DNA from: the human T2T-CHM13v2.0 reference genome, Homo sapiens
Assembly (NCBI RefSeq): GCF_009914755.1
Contig: NC_060929.1
Reading direction: 5' to 3' (one strand)
DNA length: 64,000 nt
This document shows positions 20,017 through 40,950 of the stretch, piece by piece. Each line of letters opens with the position of its first letter. Within the stretch, counting starts at the first letter, position 1. The notes beneath the pieces were generated by a model. The model was given only the letters and a program-made list of their open reading frames with translations, did not search any database and was not told the DNA's origin. The translations under genes and the position numbers were made by a program.

Positions 20017-20318
20017 CAGCTGGGTGTGGCAGCTCACACGTGTAATCCCAGCACTTTAGAAGGCCAAGGCAAGAGGATTGCTTGAGCCCAGGAGTTTAAG
20101 ACCAGCCTGTAAAATATAGCAAGACCCCATCTCCACAAATAAAAAAATTAGCTGGATGCCTATGGCATGTGCCTATAGTCCTAGCTACTCAGAAACTGAG
20201 GTGAGAAGATCACTTGAGCCCAAGAGGTCAAGGCTGCAGTGAGCTGTGATCATGCCACTGCACTCCAGCCTGGCCGACAGAGTGAGACTCCATCTCAAAA
20301 CAAAACAAAACAAAAAAA
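20017..20318 (+). mobile_element. Alu with a (CAAAA)n tail.
   Basis: It starts ccagctgggtgtggcagctcacacgtgtaatcccagcactttag. Confidence 0.85.
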
Positions 20319-20699
20319 ACCTAGCTTACTAGCAAAACTTTTTAAAAATGGAACTGTCATTATAGATATGCCAGTCTATTTCTGGATAATCTTCTATCAC
20401 CACAACAGCCTTTGGACCCAGAATTCTGGAGAGTAGACACTAAAAATGTAATCCAGGAATTAAGGAATCAGGCTAAGAAGTAATACAATTGACCTTGAAG
20501 CCTCTGTTTTTAGAAATAACTGAAATTGTGAGCGCATGCTTAAGAAGGAGGATTTTACTTAAATTACTATCTACAACAGTAACAGTAATAGTAATAGTAA
20601 ATAGAAATTTCAAATTTTATATCACGTAATTTATAAGAGCCAGAAACTATTATTGTATTATAAACAGAAGTAATATTATATTACTTATACATTGAAAGA

Positions 20700-21565
20700 A
20701 AATTTGTTCTGTTTAGAAATGGTGTGATCACAAACAATTTGAGATGACCAGTAGTGGATATCAATTTACACAACATCAGAGAACTCATACTGTGAAAAAC
20801 ACAATAGATGTAAAAAAATGTGAGAAGATATTACAATTCAATTTAGTCCTTATCACAGACATAGTGAATTCATACTGATGAAAAACTTTATGAATGTTAA
20901 GAATATGTGAAAGCTATTATTTGTGTGGACTATTTAGCCAACACCAGAGAATTCATACTAGTAAGAGGTTCTATGAATATAAGGAATGTGGGAAGCTCTT
21001 TAGAATGAATTGAGTTTATTCTGTAAATTAGAATTCATGCTGATTCTACACTTTATAAGTATTAGGAATGTTGGAAATCCTTTCTTGTGTGCCGGCAAGT
21101 CACTCACTATAAGAGAATTCATACTGTTGAAAAACCTGAAAAAATGTAAGAACTGTGGAAGGACATTTAAATTTTAATCCTTATTATGTATCAGAGAATT
21201 CATATGGTGAGAAACTATGAATATAAGGGATGCAATAAAGCCTTCCTTGTATTCGGACAATGTACTCAATATCAGAGTATTCATATAAGTGCCAAATTTC
21301 ATGAATGTAAGGAACATAAGGTCTTTAATCTGATTTGAGTTCTTCTGAGAAACAGATAATTCATACTGGTGACAAACTTTATGAATGTAAAGAATGTAGT
21401 AAAGCCTTTATTGTGTCTGGACACATTGCTCAATATCAGAGAATTCAAACTGATGAGAAACTTGATGAATGTAAGAAATGTAGGAAAATATATAAAGTTA
21501 ATTCTGCCTTACTACATATTAGAGAATTCATACTGGTAAGAATCTTTATGGATATAAGAAGTACA
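20700..21565 (+). pseudogene. Decayed C2H2 (KRAB-type) zinc-finger array: about 10 tandem ~84-bp finger/linker units, full of stops and frameshifts.
   Basis: The unit cagagaattcatactggtgacaaactttatgaatgtaaagaatgtagtaaagccttt (HTGxKxYEC-KECxKAF) recurs with 84-bp periodicity. The ORF 21335-21697 reads HTGDKLYECKECSKAFIVSGHIAQYQRIQTDEKLDECKKC. Confidence 0.65.
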
Positions 21566-21689
21566 ATAAAGCCTTTACAGATATATATATCAGATATATA
21601 TATCAGAATATATGTATATATAGATATGTTCTGGATATATGTTCTGGATGCATTTCCCACATTTCTTTCTGTTATTAATTTCCAGTTTT

Positions 21690-22010
21690 CATTGTGATTG
21701 TTTATTCTTTTATGAGTTCAATGCTTTTACATTTGTTGAGGCTTGCTTTATGGCCTAGCATATAGTCAAACGTGGAAACTGTGCCATATGTAAGTGAGTA
21801 GAATGTGTATTCTGCTGTTGTTGGATGGAGTTCTCTATAGATATCTGTTAGGTGTAACTTGCATATACTATTGTTGAAGTCTCTGATTTCATTGCTGATC
21901 ATTGCATAGTTGCTGTTTTCAGTATTGACAATGGAATGTTGAAGTCTCCAACTATTATCGTTCAGTTATCTAGTTCTCCCCTCAATTCTTTCAGCTTTTG
22001 GTTCATGTAT
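21690..22010 (-). mobile_element. Old L1 ORF2 endonuclease-domain fragment.
   Basis: The minus ORF 21702-21902 contains LTDIYRELHPTTAEYTFYS. Confidence 0.5.
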
Positions 22011-22035
22011 TTTGGGGCTCTGATGTTTCAGTGGA

Positions 22036-22062
22036 GATATATATATATATATATATATAAAT
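22036..22062. repeat. (TA)n microsatellite.
   Basis: The tract (at)13 is visible directly. Confidence 0.9.
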
Positions 22063-22578
22063 TTCATAATTTCAAGATGGGCTGACCATTTTATCAATAT
22101 AAAATATCAATATTTATTCTAATGACATTTTTATTTTCAACTATATTGTGTCTAAGTATAGCCACCCTTGCTTTTGTATGATTCCAGTTTTCATAATTTA
22201 TCTTTTGCCAACCCTTTACTTTTAATTCACTTCTCTCTTTGAGTCTAAAATGTGTCTCCTGTACATGGCAAATAGTAGGTTTGTATTTTTTAAAATTTAT
22301 TCTGCCAAACTTTGCCTTTTGAATGGAGAGTTTAACTGATTTATATTTAGAGTAATTATTGATGAGAAAGGACTTACTCTCATCATTTCATTATTTGTTT
22401 TACATATGTCATATCTTTGTCTTAATTTACTACAGTACTACCTTCATTTGTGTTTAGTTGATTCTTTAAAGTCATATACTTTGATTATCTTCTCATTTCC
22501 TTTTGTTTATATCCTATAGATACTATCTTTGTGATCACCATGGCGATTACACATGACATCCTAAAGTTATAACAATCT

Positions 22579-22868
22579 GGCCAGGCATGGTGGATCATGC
22601 CTGTAATCCTAGCACTTTGGGAGACTGAGGTGGGTAGATTACTTGAGGTCAGGAGTTCAAGACCAGCTTGGCCAATATGGCAAAACCCTGTCTCTACTAA
22701 AAATACAAAAATTACCTGGGCCTGGTGACACATACCTGTAATGGCAGCTACTGGGGAGGCTGAGGCATAAGAATCACTCAAGCCTGAGAGGTTGAGGTTG
22801 TAGTGAATTGAGATTGCACCACTGCACTCCAGCCTGGGCAACAGAGTGAGACCTTGTCTAAAAAAAAG
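22579..22868 (+). mobile_element. Alu
   Basis: It runs from ggccaggcatggtggatcatgcctgtaatcctagcactttggga to a poly-A. Confidence 0.85.
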
Positions 22869-23069
22869 TTATAAAAATCTAATTTGGGTTGATACAAACT
22901 TAACTTCAATCACAAATAAAAACTCTGCTTCTCTACTGCTCCATTTCTCACTTTGTGTAATAGTTGTTACACATTGCATCTTTAGGCACTGTATGCCAAA
23001 TAACATAGTTTTATAATATTTTTATGCATTTGTCTTTTAAATTCTGTAGACAGCAAAAAGTAGAGTTAC

Positions 23070-23450
23070 TGTATTAGTTCATTCACACACTGCCATGAAG
23101 AATTACCCGAGACTGGGTAATTTATGAAGAAAAGAGGTTTAATTGACTCACAGTTCTGCAGGCTGTACAGGAAGTATGGTTGGGGAGGCCTTATGAAATT
23201 TATAATCATGGCATAAGGGTGAAGGAGAGGCAAACACATCTTCACATGGTGGCAGGAGAAAGAGAGCAAAGGGGGACACTTTCAAACAACCAGATCTCAT
23301 GAGAACTCACTCATTTTCGTGAGAACAGCAAGGGGGAAATTTGCCTTCATGATTTAATCACCCCCCACCAGATCCCTCCCCCAACTTCGAGAATTACAAT
23401 TCATCATGAGATTTGGGTGGGAACATGGAGCCAAACTATACCACTTAGAA
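23070..23450 (-). mobile_element. Solo MaLR (THE1/MST-like) LTR.
   Basis: It is the reverse complement of an LTR starting TGATATGGTTTGGCT and ending ...ggactaataca. It is the same family as the LTRs at 26569, 38139 and 40538. Confidence 0.6.
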
Positions 23451-23642
23451 ACCAAAATTACCACAATATTGGCTTTTGCATATGCCCATATATTTACCTT
23501 AACTGGTGATTTGTATATCTCCATTCAGATTTGAGTTACTGTCTAGCATTTTTTCATTTCAAACTGAAGGATTCCCCATTAGAATTTCTTGTAGAGAAGT
23601 TTAGTGACGATGAACTCATCTTTCATTTATCTGGGAATATCT

Positions 23643-23940
23643 TTTTTTTTTTTGAGACGGAGTCTTGCTCTTTCACCCCAGGCTGGAGTGCAGTGGTGCG
23701 ATCTTGGCTCACTGCAACCTCCACTCCTGGGTTCACGCCATTCTCCTGCCTCAGCCTCCCGAGTAGCTGGGACTACAGGCACCTGCCACCATGCCTGGCT
23801 AATTTTTTTTTTTTGTATTTTTAGTAGAGATGGGGTTTCACTTTGTTAGCCAGGATGTTCTCGATCTCCTGACCTCATGATCTGCCCTCCTCAGCCTCCC
23901 AAAGTGCTGGGATTACAGGCGTGAGCCACCACGCCTGGCC
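23643..23940 (-). mobile_element. Alu
   Basis: It starts with a poly-T and ends gtgagccaccacgcctggcc. Confidence 0.85.
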
Positions 23941-26568
23941 CTATCTGGGAATATCTTAATTTTTTCCTCATATTTGAATGACAGTTTTGGTGGATATGAA
24001 ATTATTGATATACAGTTTTTTTCTTTCAATGCGTTAAATTTATAATTCCATTGCTTTTTGGTCTGCAAGGTTTCTGATGAGAAGTTGGTTGATAATTTTA
24101 TTGAGCATTTCCTATACATATTGAGTTGCTTTTCTCTTGCTTTCAAGATTCTATCTTTGTCTTTGGATTTTCATAGTTTGATTATAATGTGTCTTAGTGT
24201 GGGTTTCTTTGCGGTTTCCCACTCGGACTTTGTTGAGCTTCTTGAATTTGTAGATTGATGTCTGTCATTAAATGTGGAAAGTTTTCAAACACTATTGTTT
24301 AAAAATATTCATTTCAACCATTTTTATCTCTGTCTCTCTTTCTCTCTTCTCCTTATGGGACTCTCATATGTATATATTTGTATGCTTGATGATATCCCAC
24401 AAGTCCTTTAGGCTCTCCTCACTTTTCTTTATTCGTTTTTCCTTCGTGCTTTTCCAATGATAATGTCAATTATCTTATTTTCAAGTTGCTGATTATTTAT
24501 TCTGTCTAATTAATTCACTTTTTTCAGAGATGAGGTCTCATCTCACTGTGTTGGCTAGGCTGGTCTTGAACTCCTGGGCTCAAGCAATCCTCCCACCTCG
24601 GCATCCCAAAGTACTAGGACTACAGGCATGAGCCACTATACTCAGCTTCTTCTGTCTACTTAAATCTGTGGGTTGAACCCCTCTAGTGAACTTTTCATTT
24701 AGTGATTGTATTTTTCAGCTTCAGAATTTGTTGGGTTTCTTTTCATAATTTTTATATCTTTGTCAATGTTCTCATTTGGTTCATATGTTATCTCTTGATT
24801 TTTTTTACTTCTTTGTTCATATTTTTTCTTAGCTATTTGAGCATATTTAAGACAATTATTTTAAATTCTTTGCCCATTAAGTCCAAGGTCAGGGAAATCT
24901 TAGGGATGATTACTGTCCATGTATTATGTTTCTCTGAATAAGACATGTTTTCCTGTTTCTTTGTATGATGTGATTTTTTCTTGAAAATTAGACATTTTGA
25001 TATTTTGTGAAAACTTTGAAAATAAGATTATCTCACTTTCCCAGAGTTTAATGTTTTAAATTGTTGAAGGCTGTAGTAGTTCTTTCTTTTGAGACTTTTC
25101 CAAGCATGTTTTGCAAAGACTATTCCTTGTCAAATGTGATCACTGAAGTTTCTGATCCTCTAGCTTGTGTTCGTCTAGTTATTTGATGGATTCCCTTGAG
25201 TGTCATGAACCTAAACAAACAAATCAAAATCAGAGAAAGAGAGAAGCCATTTCTCCCAGTCTTTTCAGATTGCCTGTGTACTGGAGCACTTCTTCACCAT
25301 ACATAGGCTTGTTGTAAGCTTAGGGATTATCTCAAGGTGGAAATTTTTCTAAGCATATGTCTTGCCTGGACATGCACATGGCTTTTTAAATTTCCTTATA
25401 CATGTGGCTGAATTTGAATGTCTTAATTTCCCACAGAGTGTCACCCCAGCTTATCTTCCAGGTCTTAGATGATATATTACATGTCCCCAAGCATAATATC
25501 TTCCTCCAGATGTCTGTGGGTTTGTAGTCACCTTGTAGCTTTTAGGAGCAGTGCCTGTGTCTTAGTCTGTTTAGTAATGCTGTAACAGTCTAGTGGGACC
25601 ACATAGTTTATAAAGAAATGATTAGTCTCATGGTTCTGGTGACTGGAAAGTTCAAGATTGCATATTTCCATCTGAGGGTCTCAGGCTGCCACATATCATG
25701 GTGGAATGTGGAAGGTTAGGCAGTGTGCAAAGAGATCAAATGATAAGAGAGGAGGCAGATGTTTATGTGTGCATGCCAGGTTCTTTTTAACTACCAGCTC
25801 TCGTAGGAACTATTTAGAGCATAAACTCACTAACCCAGCAGGGAAGGTATTAATCTATTCATGAGGTATCCACCTTCATGAACCAAATGCTTCCCACTAG
25901 GTCCTACCTCCTAACATTGCCACAATGGGGATCAAATTTCAACATGAAGCCTGGAGGGGACAAACATTAAAATTATAGCCACCTGCAAATTCTTTAACCT
26001 TCAAACAATCAAACACTTTGCTTCAGTCCTTCAGTTGTTTCCCTAGACAGATTAGAAGAGACAAACAAAAAAAATTGTAAATGAAGTCTGCTCTTCACCC
26101 TTTGGTTCTAGGGAAGGAACTGGGAACTGTGCTGTCACCAATTCAAGACCATGTTTGATATTGTGCCAGGAAGAAGGTCAGGCAAGGAAGAGTAAAATCA
26201 TCACCAAATGTTTCTTTCTGAGACAGGGTCTTTCTCTGTTTTCCAGGCTGTTTTCATTTTTATTTTTTGGTAGAGATGGAGTCTGACTACCCAGGCTAGT
26301 CTCAAACTCCTGGCCCAAGCAAACCTCCTACCTTGGCCTCCCAAATTGCTGGGATTACAGGCATGGGCCACAGCTCCTGGCTAGATTTTTTTTTTCTTAC
26401 AGTCTAAATATGTTCATAGATTTTTTTTTCTTGATTGGGCGTTTACTTGGTTGTTGTAGACCTTTGACTGTTTTTTGTTTTGTTGATGTTTCTGTTGGGG
26501 GACAAAAGTTCGGAGCCTCCTTGTTCATGATTTTGCTGTCTTCGCTTCTGATTTTATAATTAAACTTG

Positions 26569-27300
<732 letters not shown>

Positions 27301-30027
27301 TTATTATTTAAGATAATTGTAGGCTCACATGCAATTATAAGAAATAATAATCCTCTGTACTCTTTACCCACTTTTCCACAATGGTAACATCTTCCAAGAC
27401 TATCAATATTACATCCAAAATATTGATATTGATGCAGTTAAGATCCAGAACATTTCCATTACTACAGAGATTCCTTATATTGCCCTTTTATGCCCATACT
27501 ACCTTTCACCCCTGGCCCACCTCTTTCTTAACCCTTGCAACGACTAATCTGTTTTCCACTTTTAAAATGTTGTTATTTCCAGAATGATATATAAATAAAA
27601 TCATACAGTATAAAACATTTTGTGATTAGTCATTTTCACTCAGCATAATTCTCTGGAAATTCATCCAGGTTATTGAATGTATTAATATAATGGAATAGAA
27701 TTCCATTACATAGATGTTCCCCTGTTTATTATTCATCTGTTGAAGGACATCTGGGATGTTTTAAGTTCAGGAATATTATGAATGAAATTTGTATTACCAT
27801 TTGTGTAAAGGTTTTTGTGTGAACACAAGTTTTTACTTCTATTAAATAAATGCCAAAGAATGCAATTATTGTTCTATATGAGAGGTCCATGGGTAGTTGG
27901 TTGCTTTGTTTTGTTTTTAAAGAAACTGCCTTACTCTTTATCAGAGTGGCTATAGCAGTTTGCATTATCACCAGAATGTATGAGTAATCTAGTTTCTCTG
28001 AATTTTTTTCTAACATTTGGTGTTTTCAACATTTTATCTGAGTCATTCTGATAGGTATCTAATAATACCCAATTGTAGTTTTATTGCTCCTCCCTAATAG
28101 CTACTGGCATTGAAAATATGTTCATGTGTTTCTTTGCCTTCTTGGATATTTTCTTTGGTAAAATGTCTTTTCATATCCAGGTTCTAATTGGGCTGTTTGC
28201 TTTTTTACTGTTGAGTTTTGACTGTTCTTTTATATGTACTAGATATAAGTGTGTTGTCAGATATGTGCTTGCAAACATTTTCTCCAAAATTTTAGCTTTA
28301 TCTTTTATGCTTTTAATATGTTTTTTTTAAAAGGGTAAAAGTTTAAAAATGTTTAAGAAATTCAACTTATTAGTTTTTCATTTTACAGATTATGCTTTTG
28401 ATGTCAAGTCTAAGAGCCTTTTGCCTAGCCCTAGATCCTGAATATTTTCCTTTATGTTGTTTTCTAAAAATCTTAGAATGTTATGTTACTTTTAAGTTTG
28501 TGATAAATTTTGAATTAATTTTAGTATAAGATGTGAGACTTAGGCTGAAGCTTATTTTTTTTGCCCATGGATGTCCAATTGCTCCAATGCCATTTTTTGG
28601 AAGCCTATCTTTCCTTCAGTTAGTTGCATTTGCACCTTTGTCAAAATTCAGATGGGCATATTTGCATGGGTCTACTTTTGGATTATTTATTTTATCTTGT
28701 TCCATTGATTTACATGTCTATTCATCTACTTATTATTATACACAGTCTTGATTACTGTAGCTATTTAGTAAAAATCTTAAAATAGAGTACATTGATTTTT
28801 CCTACTTTTTTCTTGTTTCTCAAAATTGTTTTAATTATTCTAGTTCCTTTGGTATTCCATATAAATTTTACAGTAATCTCATCTATAGCCACAGAAAATC
28901 TTGCTGGCATTTTGGTAGAAACTGTGTAAAATTATATATCAATTCAGGAAAAATCGATGTATCTCCATGACTTTTTGAGTCTTCCAACACATGAGCACAG
29001 TGTATGTCTCTCCATTTATTTAGATTTTAAAAATCTTTCATCAGTGTTGTGTAGTTATTGTAGTTTTTAGAACACAAGTCCTGTACATGGTTTTTTTACA
29101 TTTACACCTAAGTATCCTTTTTGAGTTAATGGAAATGGTATTATATTTTAAATTTTGGTATCCATTTGTTCATTGTTAGTATATGGGTATACAATTTACT
29201 TTTCTATGTTCATCTTTTTTTTAGTGACTTTGCTGAATTCATTTATTCTAGAAGTGGTTTATTTTTTGTCCATTCCTTGGGATTTTAAAGTACACAGTTG
29301 TGTCAAACATGAATAAAAACAATTTTATTTCTTTCTCGTTTGTATTCCTCTTATTTACTTTTCTTGCCTTATTGCATTGTGTAGAACTTCCAGTGCTATG
29401 TTGAATACGAGTGGTGAGAATAGATATTTTTGCTTTTTTCTTGATCTTGGGATAAAAGCATTCAGTTCTTCACAATTAAATATAAATCTGTCTATAGATT
29501 TTTTATAGATGCTTCTTACTGGGTTGAGAAAGTTCTCCTCTATTTCTATTTTTCTGAGAATTTTAAAAACCGTGAATTGATATTGAAGTTTGGTTGAATG
29601 TCTTTCTGCATTTATTGACATAATCATTATGAACATATGTCTTTTCTTCTTTAGCCCTTTAATATGGTAGATTATAATGACAGATTTTCAAATATTGAAT
29701 ATATGAAAAAAGCCCACTTGATCATGGTGTATAATTCTTTTTACTCATTGTAAAATTTTATTTGCTAGTATTTTAAAAATTGTTGAAATCTAAATTTATA
29801 AAAGTTATCACTCTGTGTTTTCTTTTTATTTTTGTATTGTCTTTGGTTTTGGCATCAGGGTGATACTGTCTTCATAGCATACATTGAGAAATATTCCTTC
29901 TACTTAGATGGATTACTTTCCTATGTGGGGACTTCCAAAAGTTCATGGAAAATAGAATTAAAAGATCAAAATAAAAATTATCAATTTTATTTCTCAACAA
30001 AATCTCCATCAAGTTCAAGACACTTTT

Positions 30028-33402
<3,375 letters not shown>

Positions 33403-33585
33403 AAGCTCAAGACATTTTTATAAGGGATGATACCAGCCATTTAGTCCGTCTCTAAAGAGCTGATGGTCCTAAGAATTTAACCATGTCAATGAAGAATTGT
33501 TTACATTATTAACTGAAGGAAAATGGATGCTCTTTAAAGATTTTTTAAGATTGGGAAATAAAGAAAAGTCAGAAATAATCACACT

Positions 33586-33897
33586 GGGGCAGGGCATGGT
33601 GGCCCACACTTGTAATCCCAGAACTGTGGGAAGCAGAGGCAGGTGGATCACTTGAGGTCAGGAGTTTGAGACCAGCCTGGCCAACGTGGTGAAAACCCAT
33701 CTCTATTAAAATATAAAAATTACCTGGGCAAGATGGCACACACCTGTAATCCCAGCTACTCAGGAGGCTGAAGCAGGAGAATCACATGAACCTGGGAGGT
33801 GGAGGTTGCGGTGAGCCAAGATCGTGCCACTGCACTCCAGCCTGGGCGACAGAGTGAGACCCTGTCTCGAAAAAAAAGAAAAAGAAAAAAAAGAAAT
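33586..33897 (+). mobile_element. Alu
   Basis: It runs from ggggcagggcatggtggcccacacttgtaatcccag to an A-rich tail. Confidence 0.85.
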
Positions 33898-34112
33898 AAC
33901 CAAACTGGGACTGTATGGTGGATGCCCAGTGATTTTACATGTCAGAATTCTTGTGAAATTGCCCTTGTTGAGAGGAATGAACATGAGCGTTGTTGTGGTG
34001 GAGAAGAACTCTATAGTAAAGCTTTCCTGGTTATTTTTCTGCTAAAGCTTGGCTTTCTTAAAACGTTCTCTGGCCCTCCAGAAAGTCAACAAGCAAAATA
34101 CCTTTAAGATCT

Positions 34113-34421
34113 GCAAAACCTGTTGTCATGACCTTTGCTTTTTGTGTGTGTTGGGACCTTTGCTTTTGACCAGCCAGCTTTTACTTTGACTAGACAATTT
34201 ACACCTCTTGATAGCATTGCTTTGATTGTGCTTTGTCTTCAAGATCATACTGCTAAAGCCATGTTTCATCTCCCGTTACAATTCTCCAAAGAAAGTATTC
34301 AGAATCTTGATCCCATTGTTTAAAATTTCCATGGAAACTCAGCTCTTATCTGCAGCTGATCTGGGTGCAATTTGGCACCCATTGAGCAGAAATTTGCTCA
34401 ACTTTAATTTTTTAGTCAGAA
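34113..34421 (+). repeat. Arm 1 of a ~310-bp inverted duplication of unidentified family.
   Basis: It is roughly 93-95% identical by eye to the reverse complement of 36238-36548. The track ORFs 34135-34323(+) and 36340-36528(-) translate to near-identical peptides. Confidence 0.8.
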
Positions 34422-35278
34422 TTGTGTAAGCTGAACCATCTGGGATGTCTATGGTATTTCCTAGTGTATCTGCTGTTAATCATTGGCCCTGTTCAATTAC
34501 GGTATGAACAGGACTAATTTGTTTCTTATAAAATGATATGGATAGCCTGTCACTACAGGCTTTATCTCCAACATCATCTTATCCCTTCTTAAAACAAGTT
34601 ATTCATTTGTACACTACTTATTTCTTTGAGGCATTGTCCTCATAAACTTTTCATAAAGTGTCAATGATTTCATTATTCTTCCACCCAAGCTTCACCATAA
34701 ATCTGATGTTTGTTCTTGCTTCAATTTTAGTGAATTCATGTTGCTCTAATCGGGAGTCTTTTCAAACGGAAGTCCTATCCTTCTTTGTGGCTTAAACTAG
34801 ATCCTGCTCAGACATGTTATAACAAGTTAATACAAGTTTATTATGATGCAAACTTTATTTAAATTCATGCATATTTTTTCATAGTACGCATTTTTCATGA
34901 ACTTTTTGAAGACCTCTTGTATTTTCTGGGAGAGATTAGTATTGGTGTTATTTTTTAAATTAAATTTTTTTTACCTCATACCATGTATTTTTTTTTATTC
35001 CTTTGAGACATCGTCTTTGGCCCATGGATTATTTAGAGATACGTTAACATCCAAGTGTTAGAATATTTTTCTTTTATCTTTATGTTATTGATTTCTCCTT
35101 TGATTCCATTGTGGTCACAGAACACACTCTGTATGATTTCATGTCTTTTACATTTACTGAGGCTTGTTTTATGACTCAGGGCAAGATGTGTTTTGAGATA
35201 TGTTTCACTGGCACTTGGAAGAGTGTATTTTGAAATTTTTTTTTTTTGAGATGATGGAGTCTCTCTCTCTCTCTCTCT

Positions 35279-36161
<883 letters not shown>

Positions 36162-36237
36162 TGATTTTCCTCTATATACCGGTAGTTATCTTTGTCTTGA
36201 ACTCTATTTGATAGATGCTTCTGCTTTCCTTTGATCA

Positions 36238-36548
36238 CTTCTGACTAAAAAATTAAAGTTGAGCAAATTTCTCCTCAATGGGTCCAAAACCATTGCACCT
36301 AGATCAGCTGCAGATGAGAACTGAGTTTCCATGGAAATTTTAAACAATGGGATCAAGATTCTGAATACTTTCTTTGGAGAACTGTAACAGGAGATGACAC
36401 ATGGCTTTAGCAGTATGATCTTGAAGACAAAGCACAATCAAAGCAATGCTACCAAGAGGTGCAAATGGCCTAGTCAAAGTAAAAGCAGGCTGGTCAAAAG
36501 CAAAGGTCCCAACACACACAAAAAGCAAAGGTCATGGCAACAGGTTTT
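36238..36548 (-). repeat. Arm 2 of the inverted duplication.
   Basis: It is the reverse complement of arm 1. The spacer is about 1.8 kb and holds two Alus (35279-35579, 35870-36161) and an L1 EN fragment. Confidence 0.8.
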
Positions 36549-36683
36549 GGGGATGCTCAAGACATTTTGCTTGTTGATATAGCTTTTACATTTTTAATTT
36601 TAATCTCCCTGTATTTTTATATTTCAAGTGAGATACTCATAGGCAGCATGTAATTGGGTCTTTTTTTGATTCACTTAGTCAGT

Positions 36684-37016
36684 TTTTTTTTCTCTTTCTT
36701 TTTCTTTTCTTTTCTTTCTTTCTTTTTTTTTTTTGAGACAGGGTTTTGCTCTGTCACTCAGGCTAGAGTGCAGTGATATGGTGTTGGCTCACTGCAGCCT
36801 TGATCTCTCAGGCTCAAGTGATCCTCCCACCTCACCCTCCTAAGTAACTGAGAGTACAGGTGCATGCCACCATGTCCAGCTAATTTTGTTTATTTTTTGT
36901 AGAGACAAGGTCTTACTATGTTGCCTAGGTTGGTCTTGAACCCCTGGGCTCAAGAAATCCTCCCACTTTGGCCTTCCAAAATGTTGGAATTACAGGCACA
37001 AGCCTCTACACCTAGC
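36684..37016 (-). mobile_element. Alu with a (TTTC)n tail.
   Basis: A tttcttttcttttctttc...poly-T tract is followed by the Alu body. Confidence 0.8.
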
Positions 37017-38138
37017 CTAAGATTTTTTCTTTTTCATTTATTTTCAAAAGTTTGCCTGTTATATGCCTTGGTGTGGAGTCTTTGGAGTTCACTCACCTCT
37101 CTATATTGTTTATCAAATTTGGGAACTTTTTAGCCATTTTTTGAGTTATTTTTAGCCTTGTCTCCTTTGCCTTTTCTTTCAGTACTCCACTGACATGAAT
37201 GTTGGAGCTTTTGTTAAGTTCCCACATGTCCCCAAGGTACTGTTCTTTTTTATTCTTTTAGTCTATTTTGTTGCTGTTTTTCAAATTGCGTAATTTTTAT
37301 TTATTTACTTATTTGTTATGTTTTTAGAGATGGGGTCATGCTCTGTTGCCCTGGCTGGAGTGCAGTGGCATGATCATACTGCACCATAACCTCAAACTCC
37401 TGGGCTTAAGCAATCCTCCCACCTTCACCTCCCAAAGTGCTGTGATTACAGGTGTGAGCCACTGTGCCCTGCCCAGATTCAGTATTTTCTATTTTTCTTT
37501 TAGTTTCCTTATTCTCTTTTTTGACCACTCCATTCTTCTATTTGGGTTTTTATTTTGGTTATTGTACTTTTTTCCAAAATTTTCATTTGGTTCTTTTCAT
37601 CATCTATTTATTTGCTGAGACTTTCTGTTTCATTGCTGAGGGTTTCTATTTTTTTATTCGTTTCAAGCATATTTGCAATTGCTCATTGAAGCATTTTCAT
37701 GGTGACTGCTTTAAAATTTTTATCACAGAATTCTAACAGCTCTTTCATCTCATTGTTGGCATTGGTATGTTATTTTTTAAATTTAATTTATCTTCTTGGT
37801 TATTGGAATAATGAGTAATTTCTTCATATTGAAACTTGAACATTTTTATATCATGTTTTGAGACTCTAGAGCTTACTTATTCTATTTTAGCTAGTTTCTC
37901 CTGACACTGTTCTGTCAGAGAGAGCATTGGCACTACCTCATTACTGTCACTTGAAGATAAAGCCCAAGTTTCCCATAGGCCTACATTGACAAATGCATGG
38001 ACATGTCCTCTATACTTCTAGGTGGGGTGGAAGTTTTGGCCCCACCATGTGTTCTCCATAGACACTAAGGTAGAGATGCCCTTGTTATCACATGGTGAAA
38101 GGTCTTGGCTCTCCACTAAAACCTCCTCTGACATCACC

Positions 38139-40950
<2,812 letters not shown>

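Noticed and set aside
21335-21697. The 120-aa ORF with zinc-finger linkers, as a possible small ZNF gene.
   Set aside because: The neighbouring finger units are out of frame or carry stops. It has no KRAB or initiator context and merges downstream into simple repeat.
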